Assembly (NCBI GenBank): GCA_029261035.1
Contig: JAJDCD010000023.1
Location: forward strand, 365,126 to 429,125
Source: Candidatus Omnitrophota bacterium
GTDB lineage: Bacteria; Omnitrophota; Omnitrophia; Omnitrophales; JACROU01
Direction of reading: 5' to 3'
DNA: 64,000 nucleotides
In this document: positions 56,092 to 64,000 of the stretch, in pieces
How the letters are laid out: every line of letters begins with the position of its first letter
Numbering within the stretch: position 1 is the stretch's first letter
Translations under genes and position numbers: made by a program
Notes under the pieces: generated by a model
Seen by the model: only the letters and a program-made list of their open reading frames with translations
The model's database searches: none
What the model was told of the DNA's origin: nothing

Positions 56092-57804
56092 GTGTCCTAT
56101 CTTGTATTTGCTCGAAAATTTAGACCTCAGATTTTAGGAGACTTGGTGGGTCAAGAACATGTGGCCACCACCCTCAAGAACGCCCTCAAGCAAGGTCGTA
56201 TTGCTCAGAGTTTTCTTTTTAGCGGAACCCGAGGTGTCGGAAAAACTTCTGCAGCTCGTATCCTAGCCAAAATGTTAAATTGCGAAAAAGCAAAACCCGG
56301 TGATGAACCTTGCGGTAAATGTAATAGTTGTGAGGAAATCACAAAAGGGAACAGTTTAGATGTATTAGAAATTGATGGTGCTTCCAATCGAGGTATTGAC
56401 GAGATTCGTAACTTACGGGACAACGTAAAGTTTAAACCGATGGCGGGTGAGTACAAAGTCTATATCATTGACGAGGTTCACATGCTTACAGGAGAAGCCT
56501 TTAATGCGCTTCTTAAAACATTAGAAGAGCCACCAAGCCACGTAAAATTTATTTTTGCAACCACCGAAGCACATAAAGTTCCTCTAACGATTCTTTCTCG
56601 ATGCCAACGATTTCATTTTCGTCGTATCGCCATCACCGAAATCGTAAAGACCTTAGAAAAGATTGGAAAAGAAGAAAAAATTAAGATGGACTCCGAAGCT
56701 CTTTTTCTTGTCGCAAAACAAGCCGAAGGCAGTATGCGGGACGCAGAGAGTTTGCTGGAGCAAATGGTTAGCTTTTGCGGAAAGAGTTTAAAGAAGGAAG
56801 ATGTCGAACAAGTTCTTGGGCTTTCTTCCACAACGGTTCTTTATGCGTTTGTGGAAGCCTTAGCAGAGAAAAACGAAGCAAAGATTTTAGATTTAATCGA
56901 AGAGCTAGTTCTTCATGGTCAAGACTTAGCTAACTTTTCTAGCTTGCTTCTAGAAACATTTCGAGCCTTGTTATTGTCTCAGGTTCTTGAGAAGCCAGAG
57001 AAGAAACTCGAGATGAGCGAAGAAGAATTGGCTTCAGTACAAAAATACAAAACACAATTTTCTAAACAAGACTTATTTATGATTTTGGATGTTATCCAGG
57101 AACTGAACTGGAAAATAAAACGCTCTAACACCCCGCGTATTTTGCTCGAAATTACCTTACTAGAATTAGCAGCAAGAGAATCGATGGAATCTGTCTCAGA
57201 ATTAATTCAAGAAGTGAAAGCGCTTAGAGGGGGCGGAGTTAGTGTTAGTCCAGCAACTCCATCTAGAGCCCAAGCGTCTCCTGTAGTAAAAAAAAACGCT
57301 GAACCCGTAAACAAAGCATCATTTCAAGCACCTAAACCAACTACAACCTCATATCCGGAGACACCTGTCGTGCCACAATCTCAATCTGAACCCGAACCAC
57401 AGCCAATCAAAAAACCAGCAGCAAAGAAAAGTGCTTCCGAAATAGGCTTCGACCAAATCGAATTAGCATGGCAGAGAATTCTAGAAGCAGTAAAGGCGCG
57501 CAAGATGTCTGCAGGCAGTTTCTTGGCAGAAGGGGAGCCGATGGAACTAGAAGGAGACCTTCTTGTTATTGGTTTTCCAACCGAATTCCGTTTTCACAAA
57601 GATGCATTAGACAAGCCGGAAAATAAAAGTTTAGTTGAAGAGATTGTTCAAAGTGCTACCGGAGCCACATTAAGAGTTAAACTTGTAATGACGACCGAAA
57701 ACAAAATACAAAAAGATGTGCACCAAACCAAAGAAGAGGCATCCGGTATTATTTCAGATGCGATGGAAATCTTTGAGGGTCGTATTTTAGAGAAGGATGC
57801 GTAA
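56092..57804 (+). CDS. dnaX: DNA polymerase III subunits gamma/tau
   Basis: The N-terminus ARKFRPQ…GQEHV is followed by a Walker A (GTRGVGKTS), a Zn module (CGKCNSCEE) and an SRC sensor (SRCQRF). I moved the start to the GTG after AAGGAGAAG. Confidence 0.85.
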   Translation: MSYLVFARKFRPQILGDLVGQEHVATTLKNALKQGRIAQSFLFSGTRGVGKTSAARILAKMLNCEKAKPGDEPCGKCNSCEEITKGNSLDVLEIDGASNRGIDEIRNLRDNVKFKPMAGEYKVYIIDEVHMLTGEAFNALLKTLEEPPSHVKFIFATTEAHKVPLTILSRCQRFHFRRIAITEIVKTLEKIGKEEKIKMDSEALFLVAKQAEGSMRDAESLLEQMVSFCGKSLKKEDVEQVLGLSSTTVLYAFVEALAEKNEAKILDLIEELVLHGQDLANFSSLLLETFRALLLSQVLEKPEKKLEMSEEELASVQKYKTQFSKQDLFMILDVIQELNWKIKRSNTPRILLEITLLELAARESMESVSELIQEVKALRGGGVSVSPATPSRAQASPVVKKNAEPVNKASFQAPKPTTTSYPETPVVPQSQSEPEPQPIKKPAAKKSASEIGFDQIELAWQRILEAVKARKMSAGSFLAEGEPMELEGDLLVIGFPTEFRFHKDALDKPENKSLVEEIVQSATGATLRVKLVMTTENKIQKDVHQTKEEASGIISDAMEIFEGRILEKDA

Positions 57805-57812
57805 CTGATTGT

Positions 57813-58418
57813 ATGAAAGCCTATCCACCTTCCATCGCAAATCTAATCCAAGCATTTAGTAAATTTCCAGGCATTGGCCCACGCTCTGCAGAACGCATGG
57901 TGTTCTATCTCCTTAAAAGCGAACCCCAAGAATCTCATCGTATGGCAGATCTTATTGTTCGTGTAAAAGAACACACTTTTTTTTGTTCCCAATGTTTTAA
58001 TCTCAGTGAAGCCAAACTCTGCCACATATGTACAGATGAAAATAGAAACCCCGAGGAACTTTTAGTCGTCGAAGACCCCAAAGACGTCATCGCTTTTGAA
58101 AAGGCAGGCACCTTTCGTGGTTATTACCATGTTCTCTTAGGAAGTCTATCTCCCCAAGAAGGCATTGGCCCAGATGAGATTCGCTTAAAAGAACTTCTCC
58201 AGCGAGTAGACAAGGGCACGATTAAAGAAGTAATCCTCGGAACCAGCGCTCGAAGCGAAGGGGAAGCCACAGTCCTTTACATTTCTGAGCTCATGAAGAA
58301 TCGCCCCGTTACAGTAACTCGCATCGCAAGAGGCGTCTCCGTAGGCCACACCCTCGAGTTTACCGACCAAGCAACGTTAGCCCGAGCCCTCGAAGGAAGA
58401 CACGCCGTAAAGTCCTAA
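57813..58418 (+). CDS. recR: Recombination protein RecR
   Basis: It has the HhH N-terminus (FSKFPGIGPRSAERMVFYLL), a C4 zinc finger (CSQC…CHIC) and Toprim and Walker-like regions. Confidence 0.9.
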   Translation: MKAYPPSIANLIQAFSKFPGIGPRSAERMVFYLLKSEPQESHRMADLIVRVKEHTFFCSQCFNLSEAKLCHICTDENRNPEELLVVEDPKDVIAFEKAGTFRGYYHVLLGSLSPQEGIGPDEIRLKELLQRVDKGTIKEVILGTSARSEGEATVLYISELMKNRPVTVTRIARGVSVGHTLEFTDQATLARALEGRHAVKS

Positions 58419-58576
58419 AAACCCCAAAATTGACTAGCCAAAGTGCCTAAAATCCGTATACTATATCGCTACTGAAACAAGTAAAAGACAGGCTCGAATT
58501 ATTCGGATGTTTTTATCGCCTCCCTGCCAGTTTGTTGGGCAGGGAAATCCAAAAAAATTTAGAATAACACCTTATT

Positions 58577-58800
58577 CCCTGGTGCTTCCGCCACGGCGGA
58601 CAGGCAGCAGGTACGAGCAAGCATCACCGAAGGTGAACAAGTCTTTAGAGTGAAGAAACAATTTATGTAAGCAAATAAAAAAGTTAATCCCTGGTAGCTC
58701 AGTTGGTACCTGCCTGCCGGCAGGCAGGGAGTAAGCTTCGCCCAAGGTGAACAAGCCTTTAGAGTGAAGAAACAATTTAAGTAAGCAAATAAAAAGTTAA
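58577..58800 (+). repeat. Tandem ~113-bp units, each a tRNA-Asn leader plus the first ~25 nt of the tRNA and capped by a GC-rich palindrome
   Basis: 58631-58708 is about 95% identical to 58744-58821, which runs into the intact tRNA. The truncated copy ends in the perfect palindrome cctgcctgccggcaggcagg at 58709-58728. An earlier, more degenerate unit ends …ttccctggtg + ccgccacggcgg at 58577-58600. Confidence 0.7.
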
Positions 58801-58876
58801 TCCCTGGTAGCTCAGTTGGTAGAGCAAGCGACTGTTAATCGCTTTGTCGCAGGTTCGAGTCCTGCCCGGGGAGCCA
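58801..58876 (+). tRNA. tRNA-Asn (anticodon GUU)
   Basis: The cloverleaf folds by hand. The acceptor is UCCCUGG/CCGGGGA, the anticodon loop is CUGUUAA and the T-arm is GCAGG-TTCGAGT-CCTGC. GCCA is encoded at the 3' end. Confidence 0.85.
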
Positions 58877-60520
58877 TTTAGAAGTAAATGCGAACTTTTT
58901 GGAATTTTCGTCGTAACTGACGGGAATTGAAGGAATTGCGTACATTGTCACGACAAACCTAAACCAAGAAGTTCTTAATTTACTAATAAAAGCCTCAGCT
59001 TCGGCTGGGGCTTTTACTTTTTTGTGGTTAACACTTTCAATACGAACTTCTTTGATTAGCAAGTTAATGAGTTGCTTCTTTTCTTCCATCGAAAGCTTGT
59101 GAATATATTCACCAAATCGAGCTAAGGTTTCTTGAACCGTATCACGCTCAAGCTGTTGAGAATTCTGCACATTTAACTCCACGCAAATTTTCTCAAGCTT
59201 CGCTGTAAGCGCATCCTTCATATCAGCCAGCTTACTAACTTCCTCAGACATTCTTTTAGTCGCCTTTGGGCTATCTTTAATAATTTGAATGAACTTCTCA
59301 GTTTCTTTATCGTTTCTTACAAGCTCCTTGCGGATAGAGTCTTCTTTCTTGAGCAACTTCTTCAATTCATCTGAGCACTCTTTGGTGGAAGCTTTGATAA
59401 CCTCATGAATAACTTTAGGTTGCTGACTTAGCTGTTTCAGATACTCAATGATCGTATTTTCTAGCAATCGAGCAGGTAACCTTCTCACGTTGCAAGAAGA
59501 GGCTTTTTTATAATGTCCGACTTCTGTGCAAACATAATAAAGGTAAGGGTTACCGTCTTTGTCCTTTTTCCCACTAGGCGTGGGAGTCATAGAACATCCA
59601 CAGTCTTTGCAAACAAGAAGGCCTTTTAGTAAATGGTGGTGCTTATCAGTCTCAGGGTTAATTTTTATTTTTTTATCAGGAGGTGATTTTTTCATAACGG
59701 CATTGGCTTTCTCATAAAGAGTTTTTGAGATTAATTTTTCATAGCGATGTTTTCCTAATTGTCCATTGTGAATCATATAGCCGTAGTAAAATGGATTTTT
59801 GATCATTCTATGAATACTGTCTTCACGAAACTTTTTTCCACCTATGTTGACTTGCTTGCCATTTTTTCGGGTAACCACTCGGGATTTGGTTAAATGACCT
59901 TCTTCAGCGAGACGCTTTGCAGTTTTAGACAAAGTCATACCGGCGGCAATACTTTCAAACATAAGCTTAATAGCTTTTGCTTCTTTCTTATTAACCGTTA
60001 ATTCCTTTTTCTCAATGTGATAGTCAAATCCATAAGGGATAAATCCACCACCCCATTTTCCACGCTCAAAGTTTGCTTGCATCTTATCGCTCGTTCGTTC
60101 ACTTATAAGTTCGCGTTCATATTCCGCAAAGCTTAGAAGGATGTTTAGCATAAGACGACCGGATGAACTCGAAGTATCAAAACTCTGAGTAGCAGAAGCA
60201 AACTCCACTTTCTTGCTCTCAAGCAATTTGTTGAATTCATAGAACTTAATAAGAGACCGGCTGACACGATCCACTTTATAAGTAATAACTGCGTCAACAT
60301 TACCAAGCTCGACCTCTGCCATAAGCTCTTTGATGCCGGGACGATCCAAGTCCTTACCTGAGAATCCGGGGTCTACAACAGTCTTTACGTGCTCCCAGCC
60401 CTGTTCCTTGCGTATAGCAATGAAATGCTGGCAGGTCTCAATCTGGTTCTCAATAGAGGTGATTTCGCCCTTATTCTGCTCTGCTGTAGAGACACGGGCG
60501 TATATATAGCATCTTTTCAT
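58835..60520 (-). CDS. Large serine recombinase (integrase)
   Basis: It has the N-terminal resolvase catalytic domain (YARVSTAEQ), a recombinase domain, a zinc ribbon (CKDCGC…C) and a C-terminal coiled coil. Its 3' end overlaps the tRNA-Asn on the opposite strand. Confidence 0.85.
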   Translation of the reverse strand: MKRCYIYARVSTAEQNKGEITSIENQIETCQHFIAIRKEQGWEHVKTVVDPGFSGKDLDRPGIKELMAEVELGNVDAVITYKVDRVSRSLIKFYEFNKLLESKKVEFASATQSFDTSSSSGRLMLNILLSFAEYERELISERTSDKMQANFERGKWGGGFIPYGFDYHIEKKELTVNKKEAKAIKLMFESIAAGMTLSKTAKRLAEEGHLTKSRVVTRKNGKQVNIGGKKFREDSIHRMIKNPFYYGYMIHNGQLGKHRYEKLISKTLYEKANAVMKKSPPDKKIKINPETDKHHHLLKGLLVCKDCGCSMTPTPSGKKDKDGNPYLYYVCTEVGHYKKASSCNVRRLPARLLENTIIEYLKQLSQQPKVIHEVIKASTKECSDELKKLLKKEDSIRKELVRNDKETEKFIQIIKDSPKATKRMSEEVSKLADMKDALTAKLEKICVELNVQNSQQLERDTVQETLARFGEYIHKLSMEEKKQLINLLIKEVRIESVNHKKVKAPAEAEAFISKLRTSWFRFVVTMYAIPSIPVSYDENSKKFAFTSKWLPGQDSNLRQSD

Positions 60521-60613
60521 AATTATTCCTTATTTCTGCATTGAAGGTTATTTTAATATACGAACTTAATAAATATAAAAAATCCCCTACTCATTTTTCA
60601 ATAATAGGGGATA

Positions 60614-61117
60614 TTAAATTAACTTTAGTTTAAGCAATCTTATCCACATAGCCTGTTCGCTAATATCATATTTCTTAGCCAAAGACTTGGCGTCCTTCGT
60701 GGATTTGAAGTCGTCTTTAATCGCAAGTGATGGCATTAAGAGCTCACTTGCAAAATGGTTAGCTTCTTGCTCTTGGAAAGCATTTTCACATGTTGTATCA
60801 AACATTCCATCGGCAACCTCTGCCGGGTCAAGTATTGAATCAACATGATGCCCAAGCATATAGTGCCCAATTTCATGAGCTATTGAGAATCGCTGTCTAT
60901 TTGTAGGATGATTCTTGTTCACTCCTACAACAATTAAGTCATTATCTTTCATAAGAACAGCAGATACTTTTTTTTCCGGAAAATCGTACGGTAGGTAATT
61001 AATATTCAGATAATTCAACAATTCTTTAACCGGAACTGGAGGAAAATCAACCTTCGAGTCTTTTAGAAGCTTTTGGGCGATCTTATTTGCAAGTGTATAT
61101 CGTGGTTTTAAAGCCAT
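60614..61117 (-). CDS. ImmA/IrrE-family zinc metallopeptidase
   Basis: It has a HEIGHYMLGHH (HEXXH) motif. The protein is 167 aa and is co-transcribed downstream of the XRE repressor. Confidence 0.75.
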   Translation of the reverse strand: MALKPRYTLANKIAQKLLKDSKVDFPPVPVKELLNYLNINYLPYDFPEKKVSAVLMKDNDLIVVGVNKNHPTNRQRFSIAHEIGHYMLGHHVDSILDPAEVADGMFDTTCENAFQEQEANHFASELLMPSLAIKDDFKSTKDAKSLAKKYDISEQAMWIRLLKLKLI

Positions 61118-61515
61118 TAATTCTTTTTCCCAAATTTCTTTCTTGCGAGTGCAGCGAAGTCGTTAAGAGATTTTTCAACTTCTTTATCATTCTTTTCCGA
61201 GCGCATTTTAAAAGCAAAACTATTTGTACTTGGTGTGGTCTTTGAATTCGGGAAAAACTCGTCGATTGAAGTGTCGAGGATGGCAGCTATTTTGGCAAGT
61301 ACTTCCACCTTAATGCCTCGATCTCCGTTCTCAAGATGGGCAATTGCTTGAGAAGTTTCATAGTGAATAGCTTTAGCCAAGTTTTCCTGAGAAAGCCCTT
61401 TTGCTAACCTAAACTCTTTAATTCTTCTTCCAGCATATTTTCGAATATGGATGTCATCGTTAATATTTTCGAGATTCATAGGAGCAATTTTACCTGTTTT
61501 AGGGGGTAAACTCAA
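61117..61515 (-). CDS. XRE-family helix-turn-helix transcriptional repressor
   Basis: It has the HTH motif GLSQENLAKAIHYETSQAIAHLENG. The protein is 132 aa. Confidence 0.75.
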   Translation of the reverse strand: MSLPPKTGKIAPMNLENINDDIHIRKYAGRRIKEFRLAKGLSQENLAKAIHYETSQAIAHLENGDRGIKVEVLAKIAAILDTSIDEFFPNSKTTPSTNSFAFKMRSEKNDKEVEKSLNDFAALARKKFGKKN

Positions 61516-61546
61516 TTAAAATGGTTCTTGTATCAACATTGATCAA

Positions 61547-61590
61547 AATATGGTTTCTATGCTTGACCAGAAACCATATTTTGGTAAAAT
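61547..61590 (+). promoter_or_regulatory. Rightward promoter TTGACC-16-TAAAAT embedded in a perfect 12-bp inverted repeat (putative operator)
   Basis: aatatggtttct (61547-58) and agaaaccatatt (61569-80) flank TTGACC (61563-68). TAAAAT is at 61585-90. The site lies between the divergent repressor gene and the + strand genes. Confidence 0.55.
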
Positions 61591-61735
61591 AAAGCCGAGA
61601 GTCGAATTAGCTTAATCGCATAACCCGTTTGACTCTCGGCTGCTGTTTAGCGATAGTGGTCATTATAAACAGGCTAAAGATCTCGTCAAGAAGAAGGTTC
61701 TTCTTGATTTCTTGGGTTATCGGAGGAAAAAGAGC

Positions 61736-61876
61736 ATGGCTAATAAAGAAAGAGAAACTAGACTTCAAGGTCGAGATGCTAAGAACGGACAGTTTATTAC
61801 CAGAAAAGAAGCTGAACGTCGTCCAAATACAACGGTAGTTGAGAGAGTTCCTCTACCTGGAAAAGGACGCAAGTAA
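61736..61876 (+). CDS. Small basic protein (46 aa), not in the ORF track
   Basis: GGAGG lies 10 nt upstream of the ATG. It encodes MANKERETRLQGRDAKNGQFITRKEAERRPNTTVVERVPLPGKGRK and is the first gene after the operator/promoter. The overlapping ORF-track call at 61629-61838 lies in another frame and is less convincing. Confidence 0.4.
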   Translation: MANKERETRLQGRDAKNGQFITRKEAERRPNTTVVERVPLPGKGRK

Positions 61877-62085
61877 CTCGTTCTTCCAAAGTCAACCAAA
61901 AGCCCTAATGGTGTAAAGCCATTAGGGCTTTCTCCATTAAAGATTTTACCTCGTCTATATATAAGCTTCACAAAGCCCATACAACGTAACCACGAAGATG
62001 CTCGCTTAGAGCTCCGTGATCTATCCGTCATTTCCTCGCAGGCACCCTCGCTTTTATTCTTCTGAATAACCACAGGAGAATAAAG

Positions 62086-62583
62086 ATGAATCATCAATCC
62101 AATCTTACAAACGAAGAAATCACCATCATTAACCGCGTATCTGGCAAGTTCCTAAAGCGAGTGAAGTGGAATCATCATTGGGAACTAGAGGACATGCGCC
62201 AAGACCTTATTGTCTTTTGGCTTACCAAGAAGCAATCTGGCTGGAAACGACCCACCGAGTGGCAGGGGGCAATGGGCATATGTCTCATTCTCCACCTCAT
62301 TGATCTGCAAAAGAAAGAATGTGCAGATAAACGTCAATCTCTTGGAAGCATGACTTCGCTCAATCAGCTCATAGAAAAGGGATTTGATATTCCTGATGAA
62401 TCGGAGCAATCCGCATCACTTTCTGATTTTTTAAACATGCTGAATTCCAGAGAAAGAAACATCTGCCATTTATTCTTGGGCGGAAAAAATAAATCGCAAG
62501 TAGCCTCATCCATCAAGCGTAGTCGTCCCTATCTCAATCAAAGATTGAAATATGTCAGACACCTCGCGGAGCAATATCTATGA
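62086..62583 (+). CDS. Sigma-70 region-4-like DNA-binding protein (small sigma-factor-like regulator)
   Basis: A C-terminal SRERNICHLFLGGKNKSQVASSIKRSRPYLNQRLKYV resembles the sigma70_r4 HTH. The N-terminal part is not obviously region 2. Confidence 0.45.
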   Translation: MNHQSNLTNEEITIINRVSGKFLKRVKWNHHWELEDMRQDLIVFWLTKKQSGWKRPTEWQGAMGICLILHLIDLQKKECADKRQSLGSMTSLNQLIEKGFDIPDESEQSASLSDFLNMLNSRERNICHLFLGGKNKSQVASSIKRSRPYLNQRLKYVRHLAEQYL

Positions 62584-62642
62584 AACCTCACTTTACATTT
62601 TGTCGATTTTTTTCGGATCAGTAGGTAAAGGAGGAAAACGAA

Positions 62643-62792
62643 ATGCAGGATTTGAGATGCCCTAATTGCAATAAAAAATTAGCAGAAGTGCCGGAGGATT
62701 TTTTTGAGACTGAGGAAGGAAAAGATGCGCTTAGGAATAAAAGAAAAGTTTTCATCAAATGCACTAAATGCAAACGAATTATCGAATTTTAA
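62643..62792 (+). CDS. Com-like zinc-ribbon protein (49 aa; CxxC…CxxC), not in the ORF track
   Basis: It encodes MQDLRCPNCNKKLAEV…IKCTKCKRIIEF, and AGGAGGAAAA lies 8 nt upstream. The pattern is that of phage Mu Com-type translational regulators. Confidence 0.5.
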   Translation: MQDLRCPNCNKKLAEVPEDFFETEEGKDALRNKRKVFIKCTKCKRIIEF

Positions 62793-62953
62793 ATACCCCC
62801 TACACCGCACAAAAGTGTTTGTGGGCTTCACATTCTTAACTGCTTTCCTCCCTTGTGCTTATGAAACGCACATTGCCTGACCTCACTCTCTCTTCGTAGA
62901 TAGATCGAGGTCAGGTAAACGGGAGGAAAGCTAAAGAACACAGGAGGAAAGAA

Positions 62954-63649
62954 ATGAAAATTACTAAAAGGGATATTGAATTAATGGGGTGGGTTTTAGA
63001 ACAGAAAGTAATGACAAGAAAACAAATTAGGCAAATATTTTGGAAGGATATATCAGATAAAAGTATTGAGGATTATCGAAGGTTGAACGAATTGAAGAAA
63101 GAAGGTTATTTAAAAACAAGTAAGAAAGAAATCTATAAGGAAATTCTTTATTTGGTGACCGGAAAGGGGGTTAAGCAGTTACGGGCTTTTTCGAGAAATA
63201 GAGGTTTGTGTGAATTATGTGATGCGGGTTATTCAAACTATAAGCATGACGGCGTGGTTACGGATATTCGGGTAATGTTGCACAAGTGGGGTTATGAAGA
63301 TTGGGTCTCCGAACGGGTTATGGCAAGAAGGAATGATTTAAGACGATTGCCGGACGGCATCATCCATCATCGGGGAAAGTATTTCGCCATTGAATATGAA
63401 GCGACTCAAAAATCAAAATCGCGATATCGGGAAATCTTCTACAACTACGAATTGGATGACAGCATTGACCATGTTGTCTATGTAGTAGATACGCCGGAGT
63501 TGGTGACTAAGATGAGTGAGCTGGCTGCAACATGTGGAAAGATTTTTTTCGTACAACTTGAAGACTTGGAAGAGAATCAGGTGAATGCTTCTCTTTCAAA
63601 TGAGTTCGATCAACTTACCTTGCATGAATTATTAGAGGTGAGAAATTGA
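62954..63649 (+). CDS. Replication-relaxation-family-like protein (winged-helix N-terminus)
   Basis: The N-terminus ITKRDIELMGWVLEQKVMTRKQIRQIFW…YRRLNELKKEGYL matches the Replic_Relax pattern (LT.RD..IL..L…LT..QI…F……RRL..L…G). Confidence 0.45.
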   Translation: MKITKRDIELMGWVLEQKVMTRKQIRQIFWKDISDKSIEDYRRLNELKKEGYLKTSKKEIYKEILYLVTGKGVKQLRAFSRNRGLCELCDAGYSNYKHDGVVTDIRVMLHKWGYEDWVSERVMARRNDLRRLPDGIIHHRGKYFAIEYEATQKSKSRYREIFYNYELDDSIDHVVYVVDTPELVTKMSELAATCGKIFFVQLEDLEENQVNASLSNEFDQLTLHELLEVRN

Positions 63650-64000
63650 ATCTGTTGATTGAGTTTTTCAACGAAGTATTCTTTCAACTGCCTTTGAGTT
63701 TGAGCAAAGTAATTGTGGCTGGGCTCAAATCCAATAAACAGCCCAAGCGGTTTTATTGCATCTGGGGTTTGGTATGTGCAACCGCTTTAATTGCTGGAGC
63801 TGGATTCATTCGCTTAGCCGGAAATCCGCTAACTCAATTCATCGACAAACTCAACCCCTCATGGCTTCTGATAGGTGGTTATGGAACCTATCTTTTGATA
63901 ACTACTCTTATTCTCCTGCCTTTCCAGCACTTGCAAGGAAAAGGCGTAACGAAAGGTAGCTTCCGTAAGATTAAGTACAAGCCTGAGCAAATGCTCAAAG
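63646..64000 (+). CDS. Partial ORF for a small membrane protein, open to the window end
   Basis: The frame is uninterrupted from TTG at 63646 (or GTG at 63715) to the window end. Two hydrophobic helices are present (FYCIWGLVCATALIAGAGFI; SWLLIGGYGTYLLITTLILLPF). Confidence 0.3.
   Translation, partial: MNLLIEFFNEVFFQLPLSLSKVIVAGLKSNKQPKRFYCIWGLVCATALIAGAGFIRLAGNPLTQFIDKLNPSWLLIGGYGTYLLITTLILLPFQHLQGKGVTKGSFRKIKYKPEQMLK

Larger units (their letters stand above)
58801..64000. mobile_element. Integrated element (ICE/prophage-like) inserted next to tRNA-Asn; runs off the window end
   Basis: The tRNA is followed by a co-oriented recombinase-ImmA-XRE module. Divergent + strand genes follow (small ORFs, a sigma-like protein, a Com-like zinc ribbon, a replication-relaxation-like protein). 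This organisation resembles the ICEBs1 left end. Confidence 0.65.

Noticed and set aside
58572-58775. 67-aa minus-strand ORF
   Set aside because: It spans the tandem tRNA-Asn leader repeats. The internal duplication (LHSKGLFTLGEA / LHSKDLFTFGDA) simply mirrors the DNA repeat.
61629-62097. ORFs 61629-61838 (plus, 69 aa) and 61765-62097 (minus, 110 aa)
   Set aside because: The + ORF lacks an RBS and is overlapped by a better candidate, the RBS-preceded 46-codon ORF at 61736-61876. The minus ORF runs antisense through that region and the start of the sigma-like gene.
63756-63959. 67-aa + ORF
   Set aside because: It lies in a different frame from a longer uninterrupted membrane-protein frame (63646 to the window end), which I prefer.
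1-64000. CRISPR arrays, rRNA genes and IS transposases
   Set aside because: I scanned for regularly spaced direct repeats and found none resembling a CRISPR array. The window also has no rRNA-like conserved blocks and no DDE or IS transposase ORFs.

Overview
The window looks like a low-GC (~38%) bacterial chromosome segment. It is densely coding and mostly on the + strand. It encodes LpxD, so the organism is diderm, yet it carries a Firmicutes-like yicC-remA(DUF370)-gmk-rpoZ-coaC-coaB block. I cannot assign the lineage from sequence alone.

The housekeeping core includes NfeD/stomatin, a GH1 beta-glucosidase, hemL, a polyprenyl synthase, a NifS-like cysteine desulfurase, TrkH/TrkA, aconitase, dnaX and recR. 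It is interleaved with several accessory blocks:

- (i) A cluster matching the 'rSAM/selenodomain-associated' set: ArsM-like methyltransferase, ArsS-like radical SAM protein, DUF2064 transferase and GT2 transferase. It also carries a fatty-acid-hydroxylase-family enzyme and large membrane proteins (29.6-36.5 kb).
- (ii) An ECF sigma/anti-sigma pair followed by three small secreted proteins (14.1-17.0 kb).
- (iii) A block of entirely secreted or membrane proteins (40.6-52.5 kb). Prepilin-type minor pilin or pseudopilin genes and two giant PilX-like proteins sit with a PDZ-less trypsin-like protease. They are bracketed by two paralogous secreted proteins whose conserved motifs fit the Tiki/TraB/GumN/ChaN superfamily. 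One of these is 1236 aa with a ~780-aa uncharacterised C-terminal extension. No pilus ATPase, platform or secretin is present. This is my best candidate for an undescribed system.
- (iv) An integrated element beginning at a tRNA-Asn (58.8 kb to the window end). It has a large serine recombinase, an ImmA-like HEXXH protease, an XRE repressor and an operator-embedded promoter. It also carries a small Com-like zinc-ribbon ORF, a sigma region-4-like protein and a replication-relaxation-like protein.

There are four intact tRNAs: Leu(UAA), Cys(GCA), Ser(CGA) and Asn(GUU). Two of them, Leu and Asn, are preceded by truncated 5' tRNA copies capped by GC-rich hairpins.

Several small repeat families recur in intergenic DNA:
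- a ~95-bp element in three copies, each immediately upstream of a gene, a promoter or a tRNA;
- GTGACTGTCAC-capped hairpins with compensatory stem changes;
- GGGACWGTCCC double dyads;
- a 21-bp-arm perfect palindrome.

No CRISPR array and no rRNA were seen.
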